Of a stretch of DNA of 64,000 nucleotides, positions 12,333 to 23,647 are shown one piece after another. The DNA is from Callorhinchus milii. Lineage: Eukaryota. The notes beneath the pieces were generated by a model. That model searched no databases. It saw only the letters and a list, made by a program, of their open reading frames with translations, and was not told the origin of the DNA. Each line of letters begins with the position of its first letter. Positions within the stretch are counted from its first letter, which is position 1. A program made the translations under genes and the position numbers. The DNA lies in the NCBI RefSeq assembly GCF_018977255.1, contig NW_024704742.1:2110001-2174000 (forward strand), written 5' to 3'.

Positions 12333-14562
12333 TCAAAAGAGTTTGTTCCTCTCACGGCCTTTACTTTGACGTTTTGTTTCCCATTGAGACCTTTTGCGGA
12401 GTGATTTTGTTGAGCAGATTTTAGATGATTAGCCCGAAGGCTTCACCCCGAACTTGCCCGATCGCTCTTTAATTGAGAAAAGGACAGTTTTAAAATCTCA
12501 GCGTAGAATATCACTCTCTCTTTGGTTGATGAGACCAGATATTTTGGTTCTCCTCGGCAGATCGATGCTGGGAAAGCGCAATGAAATATATTTTAAAAGA
12601 AACCTACCAATTCAGTTTAGGGTCTAAAAGTCACAATATGAAAATTCCTTGCCTTTGGGTCAAGCAGAATAGTTGAGCGAACAGGAACAAACCACTTACT
12701 TGAAGGCTGGCCTCGCATACTTGTAATTTTCAAATGCCGCAGAACTTATTTCAGGAATGTTCCAACTACCACAGATTTTACCCTAACTTTACTTGGTATT
12801 TGGTGAGCATTCATTGAACTCAGATTTTTCTCTGTTGTCTATTGCCAATGTACATTGAATCTTCGATAGCACATGGCAACATATTTCCAAATGCATGGTC
12901 GTCTAATGTCCTTGTGCATCCTGTCCCGAGTAATCTAGTCATGACACCTGTCAAATTCTTCAGTGTTGACTCATGATGAGTGCCTAGTCTTGGTGATCTA
13001 ACAGTAGTGTGCCTTTAAAAGTTAGTCTGGGTGATAACCACACATCCGGTAATCTAATCTCACAATTATCCAACTCATGGATGCTTATCATTGCACGTGT
13101 GTCCTTAGAGATCTGGTTAAATGCATCCATCTATATCTTGATGGACCGAGTTTAGACTCTTCAAAAGTCTACTTAATCTCAAATCTTGTTCTCGAATGTA
13201 TCGTTGCTTTTCACCAAAACGTCATCGAATCCCAAGCTTTAGTTTCAATTATAAAAAAGTATCTCTCCCGTCAATTTAAACTGTGAGATCTTGTGGCCCA
13301 TAAAAGTTGTAGCTAATCAATAATATAAGCCACCGTGTGACTCATCACCAAGATTAGTTCTGCTTTGGGCTTGGCTGCCTTGTTGAGCAGAAGCATCATC
13401 AGCCTTTTCGCAAGAAAGTTGAACCCGGCTGATGTTCTCGGTGCTTTGATTTTTACAGTGCCAGGCCAGATGTTCTCCCTTATTTTGAATCCGGCAACCT
13501 TGCCAGATTTTTGTCTCTCTGAGTAATTAGTCGCAAAGAACCAGCCAAACCAAAGTCAGCGTAATTGGCAAATAGCTGCAATTTTGGCTCGGTCCTGCAC
13601 AAGTTCCCTGCTGTAAAAAAAAAAACACCGTGGCTTTGCAGCATTGCGCGGCTTTCAGATCTGAAAACCATCAAAACACCGGTGTTCTGCTTCACGCCAA
13701 AGTCAACGTTGAGTGTACATGTTTTCATTTTCCCTCGCTTGTCTCATGTCAGACTGAATTTCGACACAGCTGATCAGTTCAGAAATTGCTCAACTGCACT
13801 GGAGTTCTTTCCCAGGATATTAGTTTGTCGCATGCAGTTTATCTACACTTTTGTACGCGCTTTGCTTTGCTCAAAGTTGTGCTGATCCCTGAATGCTGAT
13901 AACATAATCTGCTGAAACATCAAATTGAGTGCTTTGCCAAAGAGACTCACAGCTCCAGAAAGACTTTTATCTGTCATTCAAATTTGACGGGTCATGTATT
14001 TGTTCTTGCAATTTGAATCTTTGTTCATTTTTCTCTCTCTCGATCCACGGAAAGGTTAGATAGGAAGCAGATGACAGCTTGGGAGTGGATTGCAAGGCTG
14101 CAATGCTGCAATTTTCTTCAGAGGCTTATCGATAGTTTAGGAAGGCAAAGATTTGCGAAGATTTCATAACCGATTCGGATGAAAACAGTGGAATTTCAGC
14201 CGTAATTATAAACTGTTTTCGAGTTGTAATATCCTCCCAGCTTTGGAGCAATGGGTTGCTGCATAGGAACGTCAGTAAATACTTTGGCCACTATCCTTGC
14301 GTGGATGAATTACAATCGGGCACCTTTCAACCACGCGCTTCTATCTGCACATCTGTTTATCTGCAAAGACTCTGAAGTGGGTCCGCAAGATACTGGCAAA
14401 AATATCGTTGTGCGTATTTATGTATGCGGTATATGATGATATCTGTAAGGACGCTTTGAGCCAGGCTGATTCTAACAACTTCAGTGGACACGACATCATG
14501 TGAATCCACTGGCAGTCAGATTTGGATGACAGCAACGTTCAGTAAGGCTTTGGCTGGCAGAG

Positions 14563-14762
14563 TTAACAGGGGCTGAGTGACCGGTCTGCCCCTCGAAATC
14601 CCAATTGCCAGGCTGGCCGTGCTGTCATCAGCGGGGCCCTGGAGCATTGCAGACCTGCCTGGCTCAGGAACCTGATGACCAAGACGGCCACAGAGGGCTG
14701 GCTCGATCCCATCATTCTGTTCCTTAAAACATTCAACCTTGTAGCTCGTTCAGCTCCAAGCA
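14563..14762 (+). repeat. Unclassified GC-rich interspersed repeat, copy 2
   Basis: CCAGGCTGGCCGTGCTGTCATCAGCGGGGCCCTGGAG...GCCACAGAGGGCTGGCTCGAT...ACCTTGTAGCTCGTTCAGCTCCAAG. Confidence 0.7.
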
Positions 14763-15715
14763 CTTTCCTCATCCACCCCCCCAGGAAGTTAGTCACCAGT
14801 TAGTTAGTTAGCTAGCTGGCTAGCTAGTTAGTTACAATTTGTACAGCGCAGGAGGAGAGGTCTGACTGAGACCTGAAAGAGCACATTGAAATTCAGGTAG
14901 AGGAAGTTTACCAGCCTCAATTAATCTGGGCCCAGTTGGGAATACCCTGGACATTCTCAATATAAAATGCAGCAGCAAATTAGAAACCTTTACGGCTGAT
15001 GCCTTCAGTTTTCTTTTGTACTCTGTTATCTGCAGATTGAAATGGCATGTGCCCTTGGGTCATTTTTTATTACATTAGAAATGCATTCTTCCAATGCAAA
15101 AGCAGCCTCCTGTGATTAATGATACCCCTCCTTGGGTTTTAATAACGGTTATTAAAATACAATGGAAACATATTACTTTATCGTAAGTAGCTGATTCAAA
15201 TGAGGGTCTGGACATGGCATGGACGAATGAATGGACAAACTAACTGTGAAGGATGGCATGGGTTTATTTATTTCTTCTCTGAGGTTTAGAAAACTTGGAC
15301 CCTGTCCCAATGTACTAGTCAAGTCTGTCTTCCATTTGCAGCTTAAACATTTCTTCAAGTCGGTGGTGGTGGCGAGGGTGGTGGGGGGCGTTGGTAGGGT
15401 AGGAAGGGCCATCAAGCATTTTTGTTAAAAAAAAACCTTTAGTATTGACGAAAGTTGGCAAAGTTCTTTCAGGGTTTATTTTAATCCTTGCATTTGACAT
15501 CGAACCTCATTTAAGCGCTCTGGGACGCTACCCCGTATGAAGGGCACCACATAAGTGCAAGTTGTTGTTATTAAGTTGTTGAGACATTTCAGGGCTCTTC
15601 GTGGATATACTGTAGGGTTGATGTAGCTGTGCTTATTTTGTGGGCAAAATGGTGTTGGATTTGAAGACTTATTCTCGAGCATTGCTTGAGTTCTTTCAGA
15701 AATGTAACAACATGT

Positions 15716-15748
<33 letters not shown>

Positions 15749-15956
15749 TGCATTTCCTACTCACAAAGAGAAGGAAGTTTCTCCCGGTGTCCTGGCCAAA
15801 AAAATACAATTGGTGATTTGTTTCATATTTGGGTTAACCGCCGGAGAAAAGAGGGCAACTTGCATTTGTTCTCAGAACACAATCTGGAGACTCATCATAA
15901 TGAAATAGCCGGAGTTCCCGGAGTTGCACCTTGCACCTATTTGAAATGTTGCCTAC

Positions 15957-16360
15957 CTTTAAGGCCAACCATGGCCTCGTCCCCTCCTACCTCTCTGACC
16001 TGCTGACTCCCTACCAACCTGCCCGCTCCCTCCGTTCAGCGAGCTCCGGGCTGCTCCATGTCTCCCGCCCGACCCGTCCTACCATCGGTGGCCGAGCTTT
16101 CAGCCTCTCTGCCCCCACACTCTGGAACTCCATCCCACTGTCCATTTGCGTCGCTTCCTCCCTCACCTCCTTCAAGGCCGGTCTCAAGAGCCTTCTCTTC
16201 GACTGTACCTTTGGTCTCCCTCCCACCTCTCTGCCTTCCCTCACCCCTACACTACCCCTCCCCCATGCTCGGGCCCCGACACCTGACTGTTCAGCGCTTT
16301 GGGACGTCCTCCCGACCTGAAAGGCGCTCTATAAATGTCATTTTGTTGTTGTTGTGGTTG
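15957..16360 (+). mobile_element. Young L2 LINE, 5'-truncated; ORF2 C-terminus open to the tail
   Basis: FKANHGLVPSYLSDLLTPYQPARSLRS...IGGRAFSLSAPTLWNSIP...SFKAGLKSLLF; stem-loop tail; (TTG)n end. Confidence 0.92.
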
Positions 16361-16605
16361 TAGCTGGTGCACACCTGTATCAGTAAGCACATGGAAGCCA
16401 GCATTGAAAGATCTTGAAAGTCTAAAATGATGGTTGATGGAGAAAATGGCAGCAGTGATATATTTGCTCTCCTGCATTGTGCTGTTTGGATTTGACGAAG
16501 ATCTTCAAGATGAAATTGATCATTTATTTCTTGGCTGTTTGTGAGGTGTTGCTGTGGGCTGACTGGCTGCTGCATTTGCCTATAAATACACAGACACTAC
16601 ACTTT

Positions 16606-16916
16606 ATAATAATAATAATAATAATAATAATATGATAATCCTTGCATTTGATGTAACGCCTTATCATCTCTTCGAGACGTCTGAAAGCGCTTCACAGAAT
16701 ATAGTGCAAAGTGAATGGATTGTATATTTTGTGGGCGAAATGCGGCAGCCAATAGCGCACAGCAGCGTCCCACAAACAGTCGTGGATTGAGTGACCAACT
16801 ATTGTTATTATTTTGAAGGGATTATTATCACTGGAAAAGCGACCCCCCCAATTGACTAACAACTGGGTACCTACTTACTGCTGGGTAAACAGGCATGTGA
16901 GTGGGAAAACTTGCCT
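16606..16916 (-). mobile_element. SINE, long (CORE-like) form, head missing
   Basis: Reverse complement GGCAAGTTTTCCCACTCACATGCCTGTTTACCCAGCAGTAAGTAGGTACCC, then body, tail and (TTA)n. Confidence 0.85.
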
Positions 16917-18591
16917 TTGCATAAAAAGGAATGGGTTTCATAAATTACACAGAAAGAATAGTATCGGGGACTTCAAATGTCAATAATGTTTAAGTCCTAT
17001 TTTTGTAACCCAATTCACAAAAATCGTTGTCACTCGGCGATGACGAGAAAAGGTATTTGCCAACTCCTTTGGCTTATTCTATTATTTTTTTTTATTTGTT
17101 TTTTGCTTATTTTTACCCTGAAAGGGAAACTCTGAACATTTCCTGATGGCCACCATACTGAAAGTATGGCTTCCTGCCTTACTGAAAAATAAGATAACCT
17201 CCACAGCATTGCCCACATTAACTCACTTTATATTAAAAAAAACTCTTTAATCTCAAATTGAGGTGCACTTTACATTGAAACTGCTGCATAATTTGTTACT
17301 AAAAAAATTATATGGTAAAATCGTAGTTAATAGCCAGAAAAAGGTAGTGCTTTTCACAAAGTAATAATGCATGCTGGACACAGATTTTCCCTATTGAGAA
17401 TTATTATACATTATTGAAGATATGGTGAAGTCTTTCCCCCATTCACGATGGTTTATCTTCTCTTTCTTATCCAACCATACCTTCAAATTCAAATGAATTG
17501 GTGATGAGATATAGCCTGTGTTTGCCGATGAAGCGTTCACTTAATTTCTTATCAGGTGTGTTTTATAAAGCGCTTTGAGACATTCTACACGAAAGGTGCT
17601 AGTCCAATGCGAGTTGTTATTTTCCCTGTTCAACCTGCATTAAAACACCTTCAATAATATGGAACAGTTTTTCCTCTTTCAAATTCTTTGATTTAGTGTA
17701 AACATCTGGAAACGTGTCGTTCAAAACCAAAAGAGCTCTTTGTTTTCAACGGTAGCATTCATAGGACATTGAGAGGTGTCTTACAAGTAAACATTTGCTT
17801 ACAAGCAAAATTCATTCTTTTACTGGAGATTTTTACTCTAATCCAGCTTCTGCTCTTTCCCTGTACATTTAATCACTTAACCATTCCCTTGAAGTCTTGT
17901 TATAGACTCAGCCCTGTTCGTCGTTTGTAGTAAGGCATTGCTATACCAACATGTACTAACTATGGGGACACTGAGTTCAAACCGTCTTAACCTGATCCTG
18001 CGATACAGTGCTGGGTGTGTGCTGACGTGTTAAATGTGCCATCCTTCAGATGAAACGTTAAACCAAGTTCCTGTCTGTCTCGCTCCCCTAACCGCATTCC
18101 TCTGTTTCCTTCTCTTCAGCTAATTGTGAACCCATCCCCCTGTCTTGGTCTTGATACCTCCCGCAACCTTTCAGACAGCACCACATTTCCTGCTGCCACC
18201 ACCATCCCAGTGTTTTAAACATGAGCTTGAAATCAGCAGCGAAGACAGTGACGTGAAAGGGAATAGCCTATTTGTTCGCACTCGATATAAGGAAATGGGT
18301 CCGATAATCCAGGTTAATGATCGCGCTTTGAGCGGAAAGATATTGTCCAAACGTGAATAAGGAAGCCGCAGATTGTTGGTGTCCTGCTCGATCATATTTT
18401 CCATTAGCTTTAGAAACGACATCTCTAAGATGGAGGGAAATAAAATGCATTTTCACGATCAACGTTAGGTCAAATTTGTTAGCAGGATTTCAACGTTACA
18501 CGTGTATAAATTTACTGTTTTCGAACAATCTAAAACAATTGAGGCTTTTTGTTAAATTCCATTTCAACTTAATTTTCTTTCAAGGACAACA

Positions 18592-18975
18592 ATGTCGCCC
18601 CAAATCCTCGCCCGGCTCCATTGGTTCCCCATCCCTCACCTTCGAACCTCCACGGTCTGGCCCACAACTACCTCTGCGTCCTCCTCAAAACGTACAAACC
18701 CAGCACTCCCTTCATTCAGAGAAAACTGGTCTGCTTTATATCCCTCGTCCACCATTACCAGTCTTTCTGCTCCCACTCACTGGAACTTATCCTGTAGTCC
18801 CTCTGAGTCGGTCCTTCTCTCCGTCAAGGTCCGTTTCAGTAGCTAGGCCTTTGACCATCCCTTCGGTCATCTTTCTCCTACCCATCCCTCTTGGCTCCCA
18901 CCCCTAGTTCGGGTGCAAAGCCAGGACTCTTAAACATCTTGGGATGTCAACGTCAAAGGCACCGTGTGAGTGTAT
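18592..18975 (+). mobile_element. Older L2 LINE 3' fragment
   Basis: ILARLHWFPIP translation, SAPTHWN motif, degraded tail. Confidence 0.75.
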
Positions 18976-19281
18976 GTTTGCAATCCCTCCTGCCCCTCCT
19001 CTCTCTCCACCAGAAAAGAAATGGGTACCGGTACACTGAGAAGCAGGAGGAGGATTCACTTATCCTCTTGACAAAGACACCATTGATCCTGGAGGTGGGA
19101 TGAATACCCACCTCCTGAGGCAGCAATGCTGAAACATTAATATTCAGTTCGACAATACGAACACGTTCAGTATTTCTAATTTCATGGATTGTCTTCTCTT
19201 CCCCTCGTCTGGCGAGTGTTGTCCCATAGGTGCCAGGCATTAATGCGACTGTCCTACCAGAATCATCCTTTGTTTGTCCAC

Positions 19282-20005
19282 CTGGCTCGGTTTGTAGCAC
19301 TCTTGCCTTTTGAGTCAAAAGATTGCGGGGTTCAAGTTCCACATCAAGTCCTGTAGCTCAGTGGTTGGAGCACTCGCTTTGCAAGTGAGAGACCTGAGTT
19401 CAATTCCAGGCAGAGGGCAAAACCTTGGGCAAGTTTCCTTACTCCACACAGAGCCTAATAATAATCCCTCCAAAACCAAAAACAATAATAAATTGGTCAT
19501 TTTCAATCTACGACTGTTTGTGGGACATTGCTGTGCGCAATTGGCTGTCGCGTTCGCCCACAAATATACAGTCAATTCACTTTACAGTGTGTTCTGTGAA
19601 GCGCTTTGGGACGTCCTCCCGACGTGAAAAGCCCTATATCAAATGCAAGGATTATTATTATTATTTTGAGCCCATGCTGACATACCATCAAAGTGCTGCA
19701 TTATCAGATGTGCCATGCCGTTTTTTGGATGAGGACATGAAACCAGGGAAGCCCCTCTGTCTATTCAGAGGAACGGTGAAGATATCCTGACAGTGATCGA
19801 AAAGAGAAAGGAGTTTGTCCCGGTTTCCTGTTCGACAATCCTCCAAAACACAACCGGTCCTTTACTTCATGGATATTTGTGGAACATTGCTAAGCTGTAG
19901 GCAAATTGGCTACGTAATATACAGTTACTACACTTCACAATAAAATCTGTGAACTGCTTTGAGACACCCTCAAATGTCAAATATAAGGATTGTTATATTA
20001 TTATT
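19282..20005 (+). mobile_element. Deu-domain SINE interrupted by a young SINE
   Basis: Head at 19282-19346 (GGTTCAAGTTCC); body resumes at about 19666 (TTGAGCCC...GGATGAGG...AAACC) and runs to a tail near 20005. Confidence 0.75.
19347..19665 (+). mobile_element. Young tRNA-derived SINE, short form, near full length (CTCCC loop)
   Basis: A box TAGCTCAGTGG, B box GAGTTCAATTCC, L2-like tail, (TTA)n; near-identical to 38299, 46905, 53226 copies. Confidence 0.95.
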
Positions 20006-21361
20006 ATCCTTGAAAAAAACAGAAGGGTTGGGATTCTGATAAGTGGCTCACATAGCGTAGATATAATGGGTCAATTAGCCTTGTTTCTGTGCTGTAAAAT
20101 TTTGATAATTAGTGATTATAATGTAGATAATTATAGATGATAGTAATAATCTTGTATATGCATTTGATGTAGTACCTATTACGTTGGAACATCTTAAGAG
20201 CGTTTCGCAGGTAATTGCTGTCAAGTGTAGTGACTGCGCATTTGCACACAAAGGTGGAAGCCAATTTGCCCACAGCAAACAGCCATGGAATGAAGGGTAA
20301 TATATCTAGAGGATTGCTGAATGCCTCAGCTAAGACAGAGCAGACCATGATTTGAATCTGCACCCTTATCGTCCTCGTGTTACATTGAGCACTGCCTTTA
20401 ACCCTCCAGGACATGGAGGATAAACGAGCTATTTAAGGATGTGCATTTTTCTCTCCTGCCTCTCTCTCACAGCGATATTGTAAAACCAAACGTTTATGCA
20501 TTATGAATATTTTGTGCCTCGTGAGAACCTGATCTTACAGTAGATTGAAATGTTTGTACTTAGGAACTGCTCTTTGCTGATCCGCGGTTGCTCGCAGCTC
20601 ATTCACAGTCTGCTTTAGACCACTCTAGGTACACTGCTGGTCCGACACGCCTGCTCCTCCCACCTCTGGAATTTCAGTGGTCAATAAACATTATAATTCC
20701 TGAGACTATAGCGAATGAATTTATAGAAGGAATAAAAAAGAAAGGCCGTTGTTATCTCGTAGCTTGATTATTTGTTACAGAGAGGGAGAGAAAACAACAT
20801 CAATTATGCACCGCGATAACAAGGTTATGTGTGGTTAATCTCAGCAACATTATTAATACCGGAGAGGTTAATGCCATGCTAATAATCTGTTATCTATTTT
20901 CAACAGCAAAGCATAATGATTCAGGTGGCAAACAATCATTATCTGCAGCTTCATCACCTCGGGCAATGCAACGCTGCTTTCTGACGATGAGTCATTAATG
21001 CTATTTACTTCCTTTATTTGTAATGTTGCCTTCCAATTAGTCGTTGGCGGTGCTGTCCTCAGTCGACTGTGCTAATGCCTTGAAAGATAAAGCCTGCGCA
21101 TTTGGTATTCAGTGAGAGAACGTGGAAAGCTGTAGCTGTTCAATGATACGAGCGTTGCAAAAAGCCAGCGAGTGGGTTGCTGTGCGTATGATACCTCCAT
21201 ACGCTTCCTTCCCACAAGTTTCTTGGGGACTCAACAAAAGCACAAGGATGGCTGCTAGTTAAGACGACAGCCTCAATTTTTTTTTAACCACTGGTATGCG
21301 AACGACTCGGAAACCGTTTTGTGTCGGAAGCAGCATTTTGAAAGGGAGGTGGGAGTAAAAT

Positions 21362-21885
21362 TAGGATCGCCAACACTCCAGGATTATCTTGGGAGGCTCC
21401 AGGATGTAAAGATTAATCTCCAGGACGAGGCCGTGAGCGAACCCGGGAGAGCGATCATAGGAAATTCTCAAAATGAATATTGAGCAGTGAATTGGATTTA
21501 TCCTGTTATCAGCTTCTTGTTTGTTTCATACACACCTGGAGACTTTGCTATCCAGCTGGCGTTTGAAATGTCAAGGCAGTGTGCACTCGCCCTCTCTCAG
21601 CTATCTTATTGGTCTCCTGATGCTAGATGATTTACATTATCTAACTACCATAAAGTCAGTGCTGTCTCGCTTTACAATTAGCGACCAGGCACAAACCCCG
21701 TGGCTCAAGAGCAATCACAAAGCATTTTGCACTTTCCAAAGGAACGGAACCATTTCTCGAAATGGATGGTGTTGGCACTCGCCCTCTAACGGATTTTGTT
21801 TCAGAATAAACTTAGTCCATAAACAGTATTTATGTCATCTGATGAAACCTCCCGGTGTGTGTCCAATCAGAGTTGGCGCACCCTA
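21362..21885. mobile_element. Non-autonomous hAT-type DNA transposon (MITE)
   Basis: Imperfect TIRs TAGGATCGCCAAC / GTTGGCGCACCCTA; identical 8-bp flanks AGTAAAAT at 21354-21361 and 21886-21893. Confidence 0.85.
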
Positions 21886-21898
21886 AGTAAAATACCTC

Positions 21899-22045
21899 TG
21901 TGTGTGTGGGGTGTGTGCGTATGTGTGTGTATGTGTGGTGTGTGTGTTTGTGTGGTGCGTGTGTGTTGGTGTGGTGTGTGTGTTGGTGGGTGAATGTGGG
22001 TGGGTGCAGAGGTGTGTGAGTGAGCGTGCGGGTGGATGGGTGCAG
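21899..22045. repeat. Degenerate (TG)n low-complexity tract
   Basis: Direct inspection. Confidence 0.9.
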
Positions 22046-22164
22046 GAGTGGATACATTTCCAGGAGTAAAAGAAAATTGCTTGTATCCCGGAGATCTTTC
22101 AGTCCACAACAAATTAACTGGAAAGCCATTTGGCTGAACAAGTCTTCAGGTTTTCTACAGCCTA

Positions 22165-22365
22165 TGTATAGTCTTAGTCCGTCATGTCTGCGCTGGCTCT
22201 TTTCGGAGCAAATAACCTGCCCTTTCTCCATACCCCTGTAGTTTATTCCTTTTGAAGTATTTATCCAGTTTCCCTTGCTCTGCACCGTCGGGCTTTGGCT
22301 TGGCTGCTTTCAACAGATGACATTTCATGCCCATGGTTCCAGTAACTGATGAACCATTGTATTCC
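22165..22365 (-). mobile_element. CR1-type 3' end
   Basis: KLDKYFKRNKLQGYGERAG translation followed by a CR1-like tail. Confidence 0.7.
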
Positions 22366-22957
22366 ATGATGTCAGGTAATTACTGACCATTTTTCATGTG
22401 TGCAACATCCAGTTCTTAACCGTCGACATACATATATGTGCACGCGAGTTATTTTGAAAGGAATTAATCAGAGCAGAAACTGCCTTGTTCAGTAAGAGGC
22501 TGTGTTACTCTATTACTATATAGGGAGGAGGAAACCATTCTAGAAGTGATTCTCAAACAATTTTAATGATGCTGCAATCTTACATCGTATATTTTTTCCA
22601 CTGTAATTCAAACGGACAAGATGGGTAATTGTAAATAGAGCACGAGCCCATTATGAGATGGCATTAGTGCTAAATAAAATCCTAACCACTGTTATAATGG
22701 GATGTGATCGCAGTTCAACTCTTCCACATTAATGTGTGCGGGAAGCCGATCATCTTTATTTGTTTTCTCTGTGCACACTTTTAAATTGATGCTCTATAAA
22801 TGTTGGGGTCCATACTCTTTTGCACTATAAATGGACCCACGTTATACTGAAACTCAACAGACCTGGACGTAAAGATACAGGTCTGTTTGTCCACCTCCGC
22901 CACCGAGAAAACTCCGGCATATGACCCTGCATGAAGGGCTCTATAAGTACAAATTAT

Positions 22958-23296
22958 GGAGTCCTGTAGCTCAGTGGTTAGAGCACTCGCTTTGCAAGCG
23001 AGACACCTGGGTTCAATTCCAGGCAGAGGGCAAAACCTTGGGCAAGTTTCCTTACTCCACACAGAGCCTAATAATAATCCTCCAAAACAAAACAATAATA
23101 AATTGGTCATTTTCAATCCACGACTGTTTGTGGGACATTGCTGTGCACAATTGGCTGCCGCGTTCGCCCACAAATATACAGTCAATTCACTTTACAGTCT
23201 ATTCTGTGAAGCGCTTTGAGACGTCGAGAAGACGTGAAAAGCGCTATATCAAATGCAAGGATAATTTTTATTATTATTATTATCATTGTTATTATT
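22958..23296 (+). mobile_element. Young tRNA-derived SINE, short form, full length (GAGAA loop)
   Basis: Starts GGAGTCCTGTAGCTCAGTGGTTAGAGC; B box GGTTCAATTCC; tail and (TTA)n. Confidence 0.95.
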
Positions 23297-23647
23297 AAGT
23301 TGCTCTTGTTGCTGTTCAACCACATCGTAAAGGGTTCTACTGTATTTTGATAACGATGCAAGTAGCTGCCGTTGGAAAAGTAATGCTGAGAAATGTGCAT
23401 CGTTGTTTTTGGCAGTGAAGTCGGACTGCAGCCGAGTGTGCACATTGCGAGCTCCAGAGAGGATGCACCCGGTTAGGCTGTTTCCTCGCTGGCCGAAATG
23501 CTTGGTTTACATTTCGCCTGTTTGCTCCCGGCTGGTTGACTCTCAGCGTTGCACCCAGCACAGTTCCCAGCCTGGCTGCAGTTCTGGATTCAGCATCATC
23601 GTGGTGAGTGCACTTATGCCAAGTCCGACACATTGCTGATAACAAAA

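Noticed and set aside
13480..13615. ADFGLA kinase-like motif in a minus-strand ORF behind an acceptor-like tract
   Set aside because: No HRD/catalytic-loop or activation-loop context and the frame stops soon after; likely chance
19310..19790. Recurrent ORFs such as MESCSSVV...EALWDVLPT and MGKFPYSTQS
   Set aside because: Incidental translations of SINE copies, not a gene family
22049..22135. Possible second, inverted end of the hAT MITE family
   Set aside because: Too degraded; no clear TIR or TSD
22958..23030. tRNA-Ala(TGC)-like gene (also at 19347, 38560, 44621, 47150, 53500)
   Set aside because: No acceptor stem or oligo-T terminator; each runs directly into a SINE body, so these are SINE heads
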